Shown here piece by piece: positions 1-12,900 of a stretch of 64,000 nt of DNA. The stretch is taken from contig OZ024740.1 in the NCBI GenBank assembly GCA_964016885.1, positions 184,264,001 through 184,328,000 of the forward strand. The letters run 5' to 3'. Position 1 is the first letter of the stretch. Each line of letters opens with the position of its first letter. Under the pieces are notes generated by a model. The model made no database searches and was not told the DNA's origin. It saw nothing but the letters and a program-made list of their open reading frames with translations. This DNA is from Eledone cirrhosa. Taxonomy: Eukaryota. The translations under genes and the position numbers were made by a program.

Positions 1-1454
1 ACTGTCCGTATTTTCAGCAGTGATATATGTATGCAGTTTGGTATTGGTAAATGTGGAGTCATTGTGATGAGGAGGGGTAGGTTGAGCAGAAGTAACGGGA
101 TCCAGATACCAACAGGTGAGATGATAAAGGAAATTGACTCTGAGGAAGGATACAAGTATTTGGGCGTTCTGGAGGCTGATGGCATAAAGAACAAAAAAAT
201 GAAGGAATTGTTAAGAACTGAATACATTCGGAGAGTAAGGAGCGTATTGAAGTCACATCTGAACAGCAGAAATGCCATAAGCGCAGTAAATTCCCGAGCT
301 GTGTCTATTATTAGGTACAGTGCGGGAATTCTGAGATGGAATGTTGCTGAACAAAAAGAAATGGATAGGAAGACTAGGAAGCTATTGACTATCTACAACA
401 TGTTCCACAAGAGGAGTGATGTCGATAGACTCTACCTAAGGAGATCTGAGGGTGGAAGAGGTCTTATCAGCATAGAGGACTGTGTTCAGATGGAGAAAAA
501 CAACCTATACAAATACGTGACCTATAGTAAGGAGCCAATGCTCAGAGCTGTACTGAAGGAGGGGAGAGTAGGCCAGGGGATACCCAAGGAGGAAATAACA
601 TCAAGGAGGAAGAGCAGCCTTAAGGGAAAATCCCTTCATAGTACCTTCTTTGAGAAAACTGAATTTAGAGATCCACAGACATGGAACTGGTTGAGAAGAG
701 GAGACCTCAAAAAGGCTACAGAAGGAATGCTAATGGCTGCGCAGGAGCAGGCCCTCAAAACGAAGTGGTTGAAGCACCATATCTACAAGGAGGAGGCTAG
801 CCCACTGTGCAGGATCTGTGGAGAGAGAGAGGAGACTGTGGCTCACATTGTGTCCGAGTGTAAACACCTAGCCCAGACCCACTATAAGGGCTGGAGACAC
901 GATGTGATGGGCAGGGTGATCCACTGGCACCTGTGCAAAGTAAACAATCTACCACATTCTGAGAAATGGTATGAGCATAGGCCAGAGGCGGTGATGGAGA
1001 ACAGTCAGGTGAAGGTGCTGTGGGATTTTAGGATACAGACGGACAAAAAACTGGAACACAATAGACCTGACCTGGTGGTTGTGGACAAAGAAAAAAGATC
1101 GTGCCTGATTGTGGATGTGGCCTGCCCGTTCGACACGAGAGTGCAAGAGAAGGAGAGGGAGAAAATTAACCGATACCAGGACCTAAAGTGGGAGGTGAAA
1201 AGGATTTGGAACTGCCATGAAGTCAAAGTGATCCCGATTGTCATAGGCGCACTGGGGACTATCTCCAAAGGTTTCCAGGGATGGTTAAAGAAAATCGGCC
1301 CCTTCACGCTTTTTGGAACGCTTCAAAAGGCATGCTTGCTTGGAACGGCAAGAACCCTCCGATACGTCCTGAATATCTGAGGCTGCAGGTAGTGGCTTGA
1401 TATTCAATCCAACGGACTTTCCAGTTAACCAACATCAATGACTGAGATTCAAGG
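1..1454 (+). mobile_element. R4/Dong-clade (RLE-type) non-LTR retrotransposon, 3' part (Dong copy A), running off the left window edge
   Basis: ORF ends in RT thumb, CCHC and PD-(D/E)xK endonuclease motifs; short 3' UTR ends directly in (AAT)n. Confidence 0.9.
31..1380 (+). CDS. C-terminal part of RLE-retrotransposon polyprotein (RT thumb, CCHC zinc knuckle, restriction-like endonuclease)
   Basis: YKYLGV, GGRGL, CRICGEREETVAHIVSEC, RHD, RPDLVVVD...DVACP...KINRY; frame is open back to position 1, so the true start lies upstream. Confidence 0.9.
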   Translation: MQFGIGKCGVIVMRRGRLSRSNGIQIPTGEMIKEIDSEEGYKYLGVLEADGIKNKKMKELLRTEYIRRVRSVLKSHLNSRNAISAVNSRAVSIIRYSAGILRWNVAEQKEMDRKTRKLLTIYNMFHKRSDVDRLYLRRSEGGRGLISIEDCVQMEKNNLYKYVTYSKEPMLRAVLKEGRVGQGIPKEEITSRRKSSLKGKSLHSTFFEKTEFRDPQTWNWLRRGDLKKATEGMLMAAQEQALKTKWLKHHIYKEEASPLCRICGEREETVAHIVSECKHLAQTHYKGWRHDVMGRVIHWHLCKVNNLPHSEKWYEHRPEAVMENSQVKVLWDFRIQTDKKLEHNRPDLVVVDKEKRSCLIVDVACPFDTRVQEKEREKINRYQDLKWEVKRIWNCHEVKVIPIVIGALGTISKGFQGWLKKIGPFTLFGTLQKACLLGTARTLRYVLNI

Positions 1455-1466
1455 AATAACAATAAC

Positions 1467-1496
<30 letters not shown>
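1455..1496. repeat. (AAT)n microsatellite shared as tail by Dong A (+) and Tx1 copy 1 (-)
   Basis: Direct reading. Confidence 0.95.
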
Positions 1497-1497
<1 letters not shown>

Positions 1498-4160
1498 CTT
1501 TCTTTATTAACCACAAGGGTTCACATAAGGTAGACATTAAGGAGAGTACAGGACAATACAGGACGGTACAAATGGGCATTTCTGCGTGTAAAAAAAAAAA
1601 AAACAGAGGATGTAACAAAAAAATAACAATAAAAAATTCCCCAATAGGGAGGAGACTTCCGAGAGACATTTGTGGAGAAAGCCCATTAAAAGGCCACAGT
1701 GATCCTGACCACCAGGGCAAGTGCCCTCTCCCAGTTTTCCACCTTTAATTTACAGACACATACTCAGATAGGCCCATTCATTCGGGCCATACTTGCTCCT
1801 CTCACCCATCTTTCAACAAAATGCTGGGAAGAGAGCACTTTCCTCTCTACCCTGATTTTCTTTTTCAAATGAAATTTGAAAAAGTTAATCAGGGCATCAC
1901 CGAAGAGGTAAGTGCTCGTCTTCAGCCTTTTCAAACGTGTCCACATTACTATCTCTTTCGCCATGACCACCAGACAAATAAAAATTACCTGCCCTTCTCG
2001 GCTAAAGGAAGGCGGCGGAGCAATCTTCACGATGGACTCAGCTGATAGCAGGATCCGTCCTCCACGTGACAGCAGGTGTTCGACATAAACCCACAAGTCA
2101 GAAATGCTCGGACACTGGACGAGTGCGTGCAGGACGGTTTCGTCGCCCTGCGCGCATCTCGGACATGCCCGGTTGACGGCACCTCCATGCCTGGCAAAGC
2201 TCCTCGGTAGCATTGCCAGGCCAGGGATATACAACTTGCCCGATTGGTCGAAGTCTGTGAGCGCCTGAAGACATTCCCGTCTCCAAGCGATCCCTCTCCG
2301 TCTTCGCTTGAACCAGGACTGCAGCCCCGTCAATGAGACGAGCTGGGGAAAGACGCGTCTAGCAAACGGCGACCACAGTTGCGATAGGTCGGGGAGTGGA
2401 AAATCCTCCACAGGCGTTGATTTTGTTTGTGGCGTGGTGGATGATGTAGGCGCTGGTGCTAGTTCTGGCGCGTTGGGTGGGGGTGGTGGTGTTGGTTTTT
2501 CTACTGTTGCTGGGTGTGTTGCTGTTACAGTTGCTTCTGTTGTTGCTGCTACAGTTGTTGCTGCCATTTCTGCTGCTGGTGGTGTTGATGGTTGAGCCAC
2601 TGGAGTGGGTAAGATAGGTGGTCTCAACCTTTTAGCCGGAGGGCAGAAAGCCCTTAGGTGGGTTCCTTCACCACAATCGCCACACCTAGGCCTTCTGCCC
2701 TCGACGATTACGGTGAGGTGGCTGCCGTCATCTGGGATCTCCTCAATGCTTTTTTGGTCCGCTTGGATCAGGAGCTCCATCACAGATCCGGACCAGTTCA
2801 CCTTCTTTTCTTTTGCTATTTCGATTATCTTGGTGTTGGCCTCGATGCCGGCGAGGAGGGCAGCCATTATCTAGGTAATTTCGATGGCCAGTGGAACGTG
2901 GGTCACCCTGATCTTCACGAGTCTCTGGCCACAATAGCTTGGGACGAGTGTGAAGTCGTCACTCCTTAATGGGGCAATGAAATGTTCTCTGGCCTCCTGT
3001 GGTGTTCCAAAGTACGCTTCCACGTTTCCACATTTCTGCCCACGTCTGACGTGGGTTTTCTTTCGCCCACACCTCTCCCAAAGCATTTTGGATTTGGGAC
3101 TCGTATGCCCGTTCCACTCGGCGCGATTTTATGTTAATCGTCCGATAAGACACGGTGCATAGGCGCCGATGCTCCATTTTATTAGGTGGGGTGGTGAGGC
3201 TAACCCTGTACCCATCTTTCTTTACCATTCCCTTGGCTTCATCTAATTCCTCCTGAGTTACCTGGATTGCTTCGCACTTTTTTGGTGCTTTGGCAAAAGA
3301 CCGGTGGTTTTTGACTTATTCTCATTGTTGTTGTTGATGTTGTTGTTATCGTTAATTTTGTTATTGTTATTTTTAGTTTCAATGATGGTGGTCTTGTAAG
3401 CAATTTCAACTTGGATGAAGCCACGGCCTCCTAGGAAGTTAAAGACGATCCACATCAGCTTTTGGGTGGTGCATCCTATTACAGGTCAGTAGCTTACGGA
3501 CTTTGGTGTCGATTTCACTCATATTCCAGTTTAACACACCGAAGCTATAAGTGACAACTGGGACAAGGAATTTATGGCTAGCACCTTGTTACGAGCGCTT
3601 AGTCCTGATTTCAGAACTGCACGTACTCTCCTGTAACATTCTCTTGTTTTTACCACTGCTACAAACTGTGTTGCTGGTGTTGCTACTGTTGCTGCTATTG
3701 CTACCACAGTTGATATTGTTAATACTGCCGCTGCTGCTGCTACCACCTTTGTTGTCAAATGCAACAGCAGCAGCCGCTTCACGTCGCCTCTTGATGATGA
3801 AGAGAAAGAAATGGCGTTCGCTTGACTTTCACTATGTGACGATGAAGAAAACGAAAAGGAAAGCGAGACTCCACGCTGACATCTGGCTGAAGAAAGAGGA
3901 GGTTGCGGAGGATACCTTGCTGAATGGGTAATGTTTGTGTAGATACAAGGCAGAGAACTAGATTTTTTGAATGACGCCATTTTTCTTCATTTTTTTTTTT
4001 GGCGGGACGTATTTGCTAAATGCAAAGTTAAAATTGGAATTTTGCCCCGAAGAGCTGAATAACGATTAATTTCGACCACTTCAAAAGAAGCGGAGTGTGT
4101 TAAAACACAAAACAATATAATTTTTTACGATAAGTTCGCAATAAAATCTGTTAAAAAATC
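1497..4160 (-). mobile_element. Tx1-type (L1 clade) retrotransposon copy 1, internally deleted so that ORF1 is fused to the ORF2 C-terminus
   Basis: ORF 1764..2867 has the ORF1 knuckle CGDCGEGTHLRAFC and then jumps to ORF2 WSPFARRVFPQ...CPRCAQGDETVLHALVQC; 3' UTR matches the other copies; both ends abut (AAT)n. Confidence 0.85.
3380..3650 (-). pseudogene. Internal fragment of a divergent R4/Dong-type RT thumb region embedded in the 5' region of Tx1 copy 1
   Basis: Translates as ECYRRVRAVLKSGLSARNKVLAINS / GVLNWNMSEIDTKVRKLLTCNRMHHPKADVDRL / GGRGFIQ, collinear with Dong A EYIRRVRSVLKSHLNSRN...DRKTRKLL...DVDRLY...GGRGL. Confidence 0.75.
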
Positions 4161-4177
4161 ATAATAATAATAATAAT

Positions 4178-7100
4178 ACTTTTATTTATTGACCACAAGG
4201 GCCGACATATAGGGGACAATACAAAAGACCGGGACAGTGAGGGTTTACATATACAACGTGTAAACAATATAAATAACAATTACAAAATAGCAAGAAAAAT
4301 ACAAGAAAAATTCCCCAATAGGGGGGATGGCCACCCAGGGTTAACTCCGGTACCCCACCAATCCTGAACGATCCAACGCTTCGAGAGCACCAGGGAAGGG
4401 CACCCCTCACCTCCTCAAATTCACCCAACTACAGGCGCATGATCACAGTAGGCCCACTCACACTGGACATTCTCGCCACATTCTCCCACCTTTCAGTAAA
4501 TGTACTGGAAGACAGCACATCACTCTCCACCCTCACCTTCCTTTCCAAGTGAAACTTGAAAGAGTTGATACAGGGATTGGATGAAGAGAAAAGTGTCTGC
4601 CTTCAGTCCTTTCAACCTGGTCCACCATACATCCTCTTTCGCTACTGCCACCAGACAAAAAAAAATTGCCTGCTCTTCCTGGCCAAAAGAAGACGGCGGG
4701 TCGGTCTTCACTATGGACTTGGCCGATAGCCGGATTCGTTCTACACGCGACAACAGCTGTTCGACATAACTCCACAAGTCAGTAATGCACGGACACTGGA
4801 GGAGTTCGTGCAGAACGGTATAGTCGTTCTGCGCGCATCTCGGGCAGGTCCGCCTGACAGCATTTCCGTGCCTGTAGAGTTTATCTAGAACTGGGAGTGC
4901 CCCCCGGTAGCACTACAAAGCAAGGGATTTTGGAAAATTATCCATCGTCCCGGTTCGAAAGTCCTCCGGAACAGACTGGTTAGTTAGACTTCGTCGACGC
5001 CCAGAGCCTCTCCGAGTGCGCCGTCGCACTTGCCCTCCACTAATCCTCTATAGAACTCGGGTGTGGAAGTTCCACTGGCCGCATTGCCTGCTTGGTATAG
5101 GGCAGTGAGTGCCTGGCAACATTCCAGATGCCAGTCACCCAGTCTCGGTTTCTTCTTGACCCAGGACTGCATCTCAGTCAAATAGACGAGCTGTGGAAAG
5201 GCCCGTCTGACAAACAGCGACAACACCTGTTCACCGTTTAGGCAGAATATCTGGAAATGCCGCAGCCTCAGCACATGTCTGCGCATAATTAGCCACGGCA
5301 TGCCCAGCCCTTCGCGTAGATGGTGCTGGCAGTAGATGGACCGCCTCACCAAGGGAACTTGTTCCCTCCACAAGAATTTGAAAAGGCGCTGTTCTAAATT
5401 GGCGAGGCGCGAACGGGGGCAAAGGACGACGTTCAGACGGTAGTAGATGACAGACGCGATGTATGCGTTGCCACCTTCACCCGACAATTCAGTGATAGCT
5501 ACATCGCAGCCCATTACTGGGTGAGACTGGCTACCCTGCCGTTCCCTTGTCCCAATTCTTATCCACATGTAGATCAGGCCCGAACCAAAACCCGAGTAAC
5601 CTTACCGCTTTCCAGGTGCCGAGTTGCAAGCCCACTGATTTTTCCTGGTTAAGTTTTGCTCCCGTCAACCTTTCATATTCCTCCAATAAGTTGCCGACCA
5701 CCTTGATTTCCGAGTGATGTCGTCCGCATAGGCCGACACAGCCTTTCCGCGTCCTGGTTCGAGCGGGATGCTCTGTAACAGCTCTATCTTCCACAGTAAA
5801 GGCTCGAGAGTCAATACGTACAAAAGGGAGGATAGAGGGCACCATTGACGGACCGATCGGGAGATCTGAACCGGTTCCGAGAAGTGGCCATTAACTTTGA
5901 CCCCCGAGCAGATGCCGCTGTGCATTGCAGCGATCTAGCTTCTGAAGACGGGGCCGAAGCCAGCCGCTTTGAGGACAGCCTGCAGGTATCGATGGTCGAC
6001 CCTATAGAATGCTTTCGATTGATCTAAATTGATCAGAGCGCCACCGAAGCCAGGTTTACACTCTACGCTCTCTATGATGTATCACATCAGGTGGAGGTTG
6101 TCGTGTATGGACCTGGTCAGGATTGCGCAAGTTTGCGCCTCCCCAACCAAATCCTCGACGACAAGCGCCAACCTCTTCGATACAAGCTTGGCTAAAATCT
6201 TAAACTCTGTGTTGAGCTGAGTTATGGACCTTAAATTGTCTAATGTGTCCATCTTGTTCTCGTCTTTCCTTATCAGCGTCACTACACTGTAGCTCACAGA
6301 ACTGGGAATACTCCCGTTCTGCTGCCAGTTGCAGAAGAGCGCTTCGAGGAGATCGGAAAACAAGTCTCGCATATTTACGTAAAGCTAGTAAGCTAGATTA
6401 TCTAAACCGGGTGGCTTGCGCCTTATGCAGCCGACAAGGGCATCCTGAATCTCGGCTGAAGTAATCGGCCTTTCGCAGCGATCAGCGTCGGCCGTCGAGA
6501 GTTGCGGCAAGCCATCGACGTAGGGACTGAAGTCCGCCACTGTCTCTGACTCGCCACTTCCCCCGACAACCGAGAAAAATGTTGGCGAAAAGCTCCACAC
6601 ATTCGCTTGGAATCGTTCAGCTCGTGTCCGTCTCTGTCCGCCGAAGATCGAATTATGGGTTTATTACCACGCTGCGCCTCTGCCACGCTGGACCATCGAA
6701 CAGCTTTGGTTCCCTCGTTTCTCAGAGCACGCGCCTTAGCTCTGACAATGCAACCTTCGTGTTTCGCATCATAGAAATGATCTAATGCCATTCTCGCCGC
6801 TAGAATATTAGTTGCAATGCCACTACAAATCGCATCGTCTAACTTATCTACCAGCTCCCCTCCCTTTCTATTTTTCTCTAACGCTACTTCTTTTCTAAAC
6901 CCAATCGACATTACTCTAATCTCTCTATTGAGAGCCCCCCCCCCCATCTATTGTTGACGACTCCCCGGTCAACTTTTTCTTAGCTAAATTGTTGACCCAG
7001 TCCCTGTAAGCCTTACCTTCCGGAAACGACACGTTCAGCTTCCAGTAACCAGGTCCTAACCTACGCGTCTTATCTAGCTCGACCATACAACTTGTGATCT

Positions 7101-9151
7101 GAATAGGCGACCGTTTTAAAACGTGGACTGCTTACACTATTTCTGTCTATTTTCCTAATGAATATCCTGTCTATATACGATCTAGATGACTCTATGCGGC
7201 TAGTCCAGGCCCACACTGGCGCATTAGGGAAATCTATTTCTTTACTTCGTGCTACGAGCGCCATCAGTTCCTTGTTGGCCCTTCAGACGAGCACGAAGTT
7301 TTGTATGCTTTGTTGGTGTGATTTTATTTGTTTTGGTGACTGTGGTGGTGATGGTTTTGATGGTGTTGTTTCGGTTGCGTCTGTGTTTGTTGTGAGTGCG
7401 GTGTCTGTGGTTTCAGATGTTTGTGTTTTGTTTCATTTGTTCTTGCTTCTGTTTAGGTTGTTTGGGTTTGAAGGATTCTGGTGATGGTGTTGTTGTTGTT
7501 GGTGTTGTTGGGAAGATGTTTGCGTGGGTGGTGTCTGCATTTTTCATTGTGGGTGCTTTTGTGCATTGTTGAATTTTTTTTCTTTTTGTGTTTCCTTTTT
7601 TTTTGTATTTTTTATGATTTTGGTTTCCCCTCATCTCTACTGGTAGATGAGGGGTCTGTGTATGTAAGTGTCTCTGTGTCTGTGTGTGTGTTTATGTTTT
7701 TATTGATGTGTATTTTGGAGGGGAGGGGAATTTGACAACTTTCCTCGTTTACCCCCTGGGTGGTCAATGTTGGTAGTGGTGTTTCTATTGGTTTTGTTGC
7801 TGGTGGTTTTGCCGGTGCTGGTTTTGGTTGTGGTCCTCGCCTCGGCGTCGGCAGCAGTGGAGCCCTCCGACCACTTGCATCTTTAAGCAGTTGAAGGCAG
7901 AAGGCTCGCAAATAGGATTTTTCCCCATAAACGAAACAATGCGGTATTCTGCCCTCAGTCATAATGTGAATTACCGTCCCGTTCTGAAGACGAACGTGGT
8001 CCGGGATTGTTTTAACATTCTCCGGTCTGATCTGGAGAAGTATCTCCAGGTCAACCCGGACCAGTCCTCTCTGGTAGTTTTTGTAACTTCTATCGAGACG
8101 GTATCCGTCCCCTCCACAATCACACATCCCAGAAGCTACCACATGTCATGTCCTGGTGGGATCCTGGGAATGCGGGGACGGGCTGTTCTTTTTAACATGT
8201 GGGAGGGGTAGATTATGACCTTGCTAGTTTTGTAAGGTGTCATAGCATGTTTCATAACGAGGGCTTCTGACTTAAACAGCACCGAAATCGTGCCGTATTG
8301 TCTGCCCCTTGCTATGTATTTGATGTCATCTCTGATGCACCTCACCACGACTTCGCCATCAGCTTGGGGAATTAAAGCTGCCCTCTTGGTTTCTGCTGAG
8401 TTGCATCTGTAATGCACCGGTCTGCGCTCCACTGCTTCAATAGCTTCTACCGGGACAGTTAAGTTGGCCCAGGTTTGCTCTTGCTTGATGAGCTTCCATG
8501 CCGGGGCCAACTTTTCATCTTTGTTCGAGAGGTCCATGCTGAAGCATGGCCACTTTTTGGCTGCTGTTGCAGCGAAAGTGTTCTTCTTGTCGTTGGTGTT
8601 ATTGTTCTTGTTGTTGCTGTTATCTCTGTTGCAGCTGGTTATATATTTGGTGCCGCCATTGTTGTTGTTGTTCTCGGTGCAGTTGGTATTGTTGCTCTTG
8701 GTGCTGTCACTGTTTATGTTCTGGTTAGTGGTGTTAGTTTCGTTGTTGTTTTTGTTGCCATCATTTCTTGTTGCTGTTACTGCTGTGGTTGGTATTGTCA
8801 TTTTCTTTTTTTGGGGTTATTGTTCTTAGTATTGGTGTTACTGCTGCAGCTGTTTATGTTGTTTGTGGTGGTGTTGCTAAATGTTTAGGTCGCTGTCACA
8901 TGACAGCAGACTTAAAGTTGTGGGACGTGGCTCAGCCATGTATTATTTTCTCTCAAGAATTTTTTTTTTAAATACAAAAAGTTCAAATATTAGGGCCAAA
9001 AGGCCCAAATATTACACAGTCACCGCTTCACAGGACAAAGACGGATGTCTTACAACCCTTCTGAAAGAATACAACAATTATTATAAATGTAAATAAATAG
9101 ATGTCCTACTTTTGCGGAGCTCCAGAAACACATCTTTGCTGACTGACAGCC
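4178..9151 (-). mobile_element. Tx1-type retrotransposon copy 2 (divergent subfamily, frameshifted)
   Basis: ORF1 pieces 8136..8801 and 7612..8142; ORF2 pieces with YIDRIF, YSDH, VRQWCPLS, YADD; flanked by (AAT)n at 4161..4177 and 9152..9183. Confidence 0.85.
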
Positions 9152-9183
9152 AATAATAATAATAATAACAATAATAATAATAA

Positions 9184-9868
9184 CTACTTCATGTCAGGTG
9201 AAGTACCAGAGTGATTGACAAAAGGTACCACAGTTTTGGTAATGAAAGACTCAATCAAGTGTAATGATGTTACCAACTATAGGCGTATCACGTGTCTGTC
9301 CGTAATGTGGAAACTGTTCACAAGCATTGTGTCTGAGGAAATCTACCATCACTTCCGCATAAACAAATTGTTACCGGACGAACAGAATGGATGCCGAAAG
9401 AAGTCCCGTGGTACAAAAGACCAGTTACTTATTGATAAGAGGGTAATGAGGAATTGCAAGAGGAGGCATATTGGCCTTGCCATGGGATGGATAGATTACA
9501 AAAAGGCATTCGACGTGGTACCTCATTCTTGGATAACCAAAAGACTAGGGATCTTCAAGAGCGCAAGAAATGGAGAGGGAGAAAATTAACCGATACCAGG
9601 ATTTAAATTTAAAAAGGATTTGGAACTGCCATGAGATAAAGGTTGTCCAGATTGTCATAGGCGCACTAGGTACTATCTCAAAGAGTTTCTAAGGATGGTT
9701 AAAGAAGATTAGTCAAGCCCCATTTTTTGGAACACAACAAAAGGCATGCTTGCTGGGAACAGCAAAAACCCTCCAATACGTCCTGAATGTCTGAGGGTGC
9801 AGGTAGTGGCTTGATATTCAATTCAACAAACTTCCCAGTTAAATAACATCAATGACTGAGACTCAAAG
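9184..9868 (+). mobile_element. Dong copy B, 5'-truncated with a large internal deletion
   Basis: RT N-terminal motifs NYRRITCL, EQNGC, WIDYKKAFD joined at about 9565 to the endonuclease end and 3' UTR; (AAT)n on both sides. Confidence 0.85.
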
Positions 9869-9901
9869 AACAACAATAATAATAATAATAACAATTATAA
9901 T

Positions 9902-12900
9902 GCTTTCTTTATGAACGACAAGGGTTTACGCAAAGTAGACATTAAGGACAGTACAGGACAATAAAGGACGGTACAAATGGGCATTTCTGCGTGTAAAAAA
10001 ACAGAGGATGTAAAAAAAAAAGAGGAACGAAAAATTCCCCAATAGGGTGGAGAGTTCCGAGGGCCATCGTGGAGAAAGCCCATTAAAAAAAAAACCACGG
10101 AGACCCTGACCACAAGGGCAAGTGCCCTCTCCCAGTTTCCCACCTTCAATTTACAGGCATATACTCAGCGTAGACCTATGCACTCGGGCCATTCTTGCCT
10201 CGCTCACCCATCTTTCAACAAAATGCTGGGAAAAGAGCACTTCCCGCTCTACCCTGATTTTTTCTTTTTCAAATGAAATTTGAAAAAGGAAATCAGGGCA
10301 TCACCGAAGAGGTAAGTGTTCGTCTTAAGCCCTTTGAAACGTGTCCACCATACTATCACTTTGGCCATGGCCACCAGACAGATAAAAACTGCCTGCCCTT
10401 CCCGGCTAAAGGAAGAGGGCGCGGAAATCCTCACGATGGACTCAGCTGATAGCAGGATCCGTTCTTCATGCGACAGCATAAATCCACAAGTCAGGAATGC
10501 TCGGACACTGGACGAGTGCATGCAGGACCGTTCGTCGCCCTGCGCGCATCTCGGACATGCCCAGCTGACGGGACTTCCATGCCTGTAGAGTTTATCCCGA
10601 ACTGGCAAAGCTCCTCGGTCGCACTGCCAGGCCAGGGATTTCTGGAAATTGTACATAGGCCCCGGCCCGAAAGTACTTCCGAAGAGATTGGCTAGTTGAT
10701 TTTCGTCGACGCCTAGAGGTTCCCCAAGTACGTCGTCGCTCTTCCCCGCCACCAATCCTCTATAGAACGCCAAGGTGGAGTTTCCACCTATCAACTTGCC
10801 CCATTGGTCGAGGGCTGTGAGCGCCTGAAGACATTCCAGTCTCCAAGCTCTCCCTCTCGGTCTTCGCTTGACCCAGAACTACAACTCCGTCAAGGATACG
10901 AGCTGGGGAAAGACGCGTCTAGCAAACGGCGACCACACCTGATTACCGTCGAGGAAGAGGTGGAGATGTCGTAGCCTGAGCGCATGTCTGCGCATCATCA
11001 GCCACAGCATGCCCAGCCCACCACGTAGCGGGTGTTGACAGCAGATAGACCGCCGGACCATCGGAGCGCGTCCCTTCCACAAAATGCGATTAAAGCAAAC
11101 GCTCTAGCGCAGTCAGGTGGGGCTTAGGAGAAGTTACGACAGTCAGGCGGTAGTAGATGAGTGACGCGATGTACGCGTTAGCCATCTTCTCTCGACCTGT
11201 CAGGGATAGCTTCCTCTCCGCCCATTTCTGGGTGAGAGAAGCCAACCTGCTCGTCCCCTCGTCCCAGTTTTTGTCCGTCTGGATGTCCGGACCGAACCAG
11301 ACCCTAACAATTTAACCGGTCTGTCCGTCCAGCGTCGACAACGCTGTTGGACGGCATGGACCTGCCTCTCCAGGTGCCGAGCTACAGGCCCACTGACTTT
11401 TCCTGGTTGATAATTGCTCCTGTCACCGCTTCGTATTCTTTTAGTGTAGTGCCGATCGCCTCGATGTGTTTGGCATTCGACACCACTACGGTTACATCGT
11501 CCGCATAGCTGACACATGATCTTCCTCATTCTAGTTTGCGCGGGACGTCCCTCATCGTCTCCAGTTTGTGCAGTAATGTCTTGAGAGTCAATCCTCAATC
11601 CGGCCCTCCGTTGCCCCCGAACAGCTGAGCGAAGTGTCGCTGAAAAGCTTCACACATTTGTCCGGGATCGAGTAGCATGCGCCCGTCGTGGTCCACCAAA
11701 GACCGGATCGTGGATTTGTTGCCAGGACGCGCCTCGGCCACTCGGGCCCATTGAACGGCTTTAGTCCCCTCGTGCACGCACCCTAGCTTTGACAACGCAG
11801 CCTTCGTGCTTTGCATTGAAGAATTGGTCAAGGGCCAATTTCGCCGCAAGTACGTCGGTCGCAATGCCTTTGCTAAGCGCTTCGTCTAATTGTCTCATTA
11901 TATCCCCCTCTGCTCTATTTTTCTCTATTGCTAAAGCCTTACTAAACCTAATCCACTCTATTCTAATCGCTCATTTCAGAGCTAACAACCACTTGTTGTT
12001 GACGATGGTCTCCGTCAACGCCCGCTTAACCTGTCCTAATCCGGTCTATGTAGGCCTTGCTCGCTGGTAAGGACGCGTTTAGGTTCCAGTAGCCGGGCCC
12101 TCGTCTATGAAGCCTATCTAAGTCAAGCACACAGATCACGAATTTGTGGTCCGTGTAGCTGACTATCTTGAATTGTGGACTGCCTATGCTAGACCTATCT
12201 ATTTCCCTACAAAATACTCTATCTAGATATAATCTGGATGACCCGATGCGGTTTGTCCAAGTCCACTTTAGCAGATTCGTGAAATCCAATCGGTACCTGT
12301 GAGACAGTTCAAAACGCCTGAGCAGGTTGCACTCTCCTATCCGCTAATCCCACACAGTCCCAGCGTGCATCAAAGATCCCGTTGCAGTCGCCCACTAACA
12401 CTAGAGCGCGGGACGTTGCAGGAAAGGTCTCCAGACGCCGGAAGAAATAAGGCCGCCTTGCTCCTGTAGGGGAATAGACGGCCACTAGCCTAAAAGATTG
12501 CCCGTCTCCGCTGGTCACGTCCAGTACCACCAAGTTACCTTCTGGGTCCAGGAAGAGGGCCCGTATGGCGAGATCCAAACCTCTCCGAAAAAGCACAGCA
12601 ACTCCACCCCCGATCCAGGACGGCTGGGAGATGCGTACACATCGTAGCCGCCGAAGATCGGTGCGAAGGCCCGTGCTTCGGAGATTCTGGTCCTGCTGAT
12701 GGCCACTACATCTATGTTTAGTGACCTGCGGTCGTTGAGCAAGTGGCCCTGTTTCCATGACGACCCCAGGCCACGCGCATTTATGCTGCCTATTCTGAGT
12801 TAGGTCATGTTGAAATGGTGTGGAAAAGATGGGAAATACCACTTACCTTACTTCTCGTGGAGGAAGGATGGTTTCTCCATCCTTTCCACTTGATCGTCTG

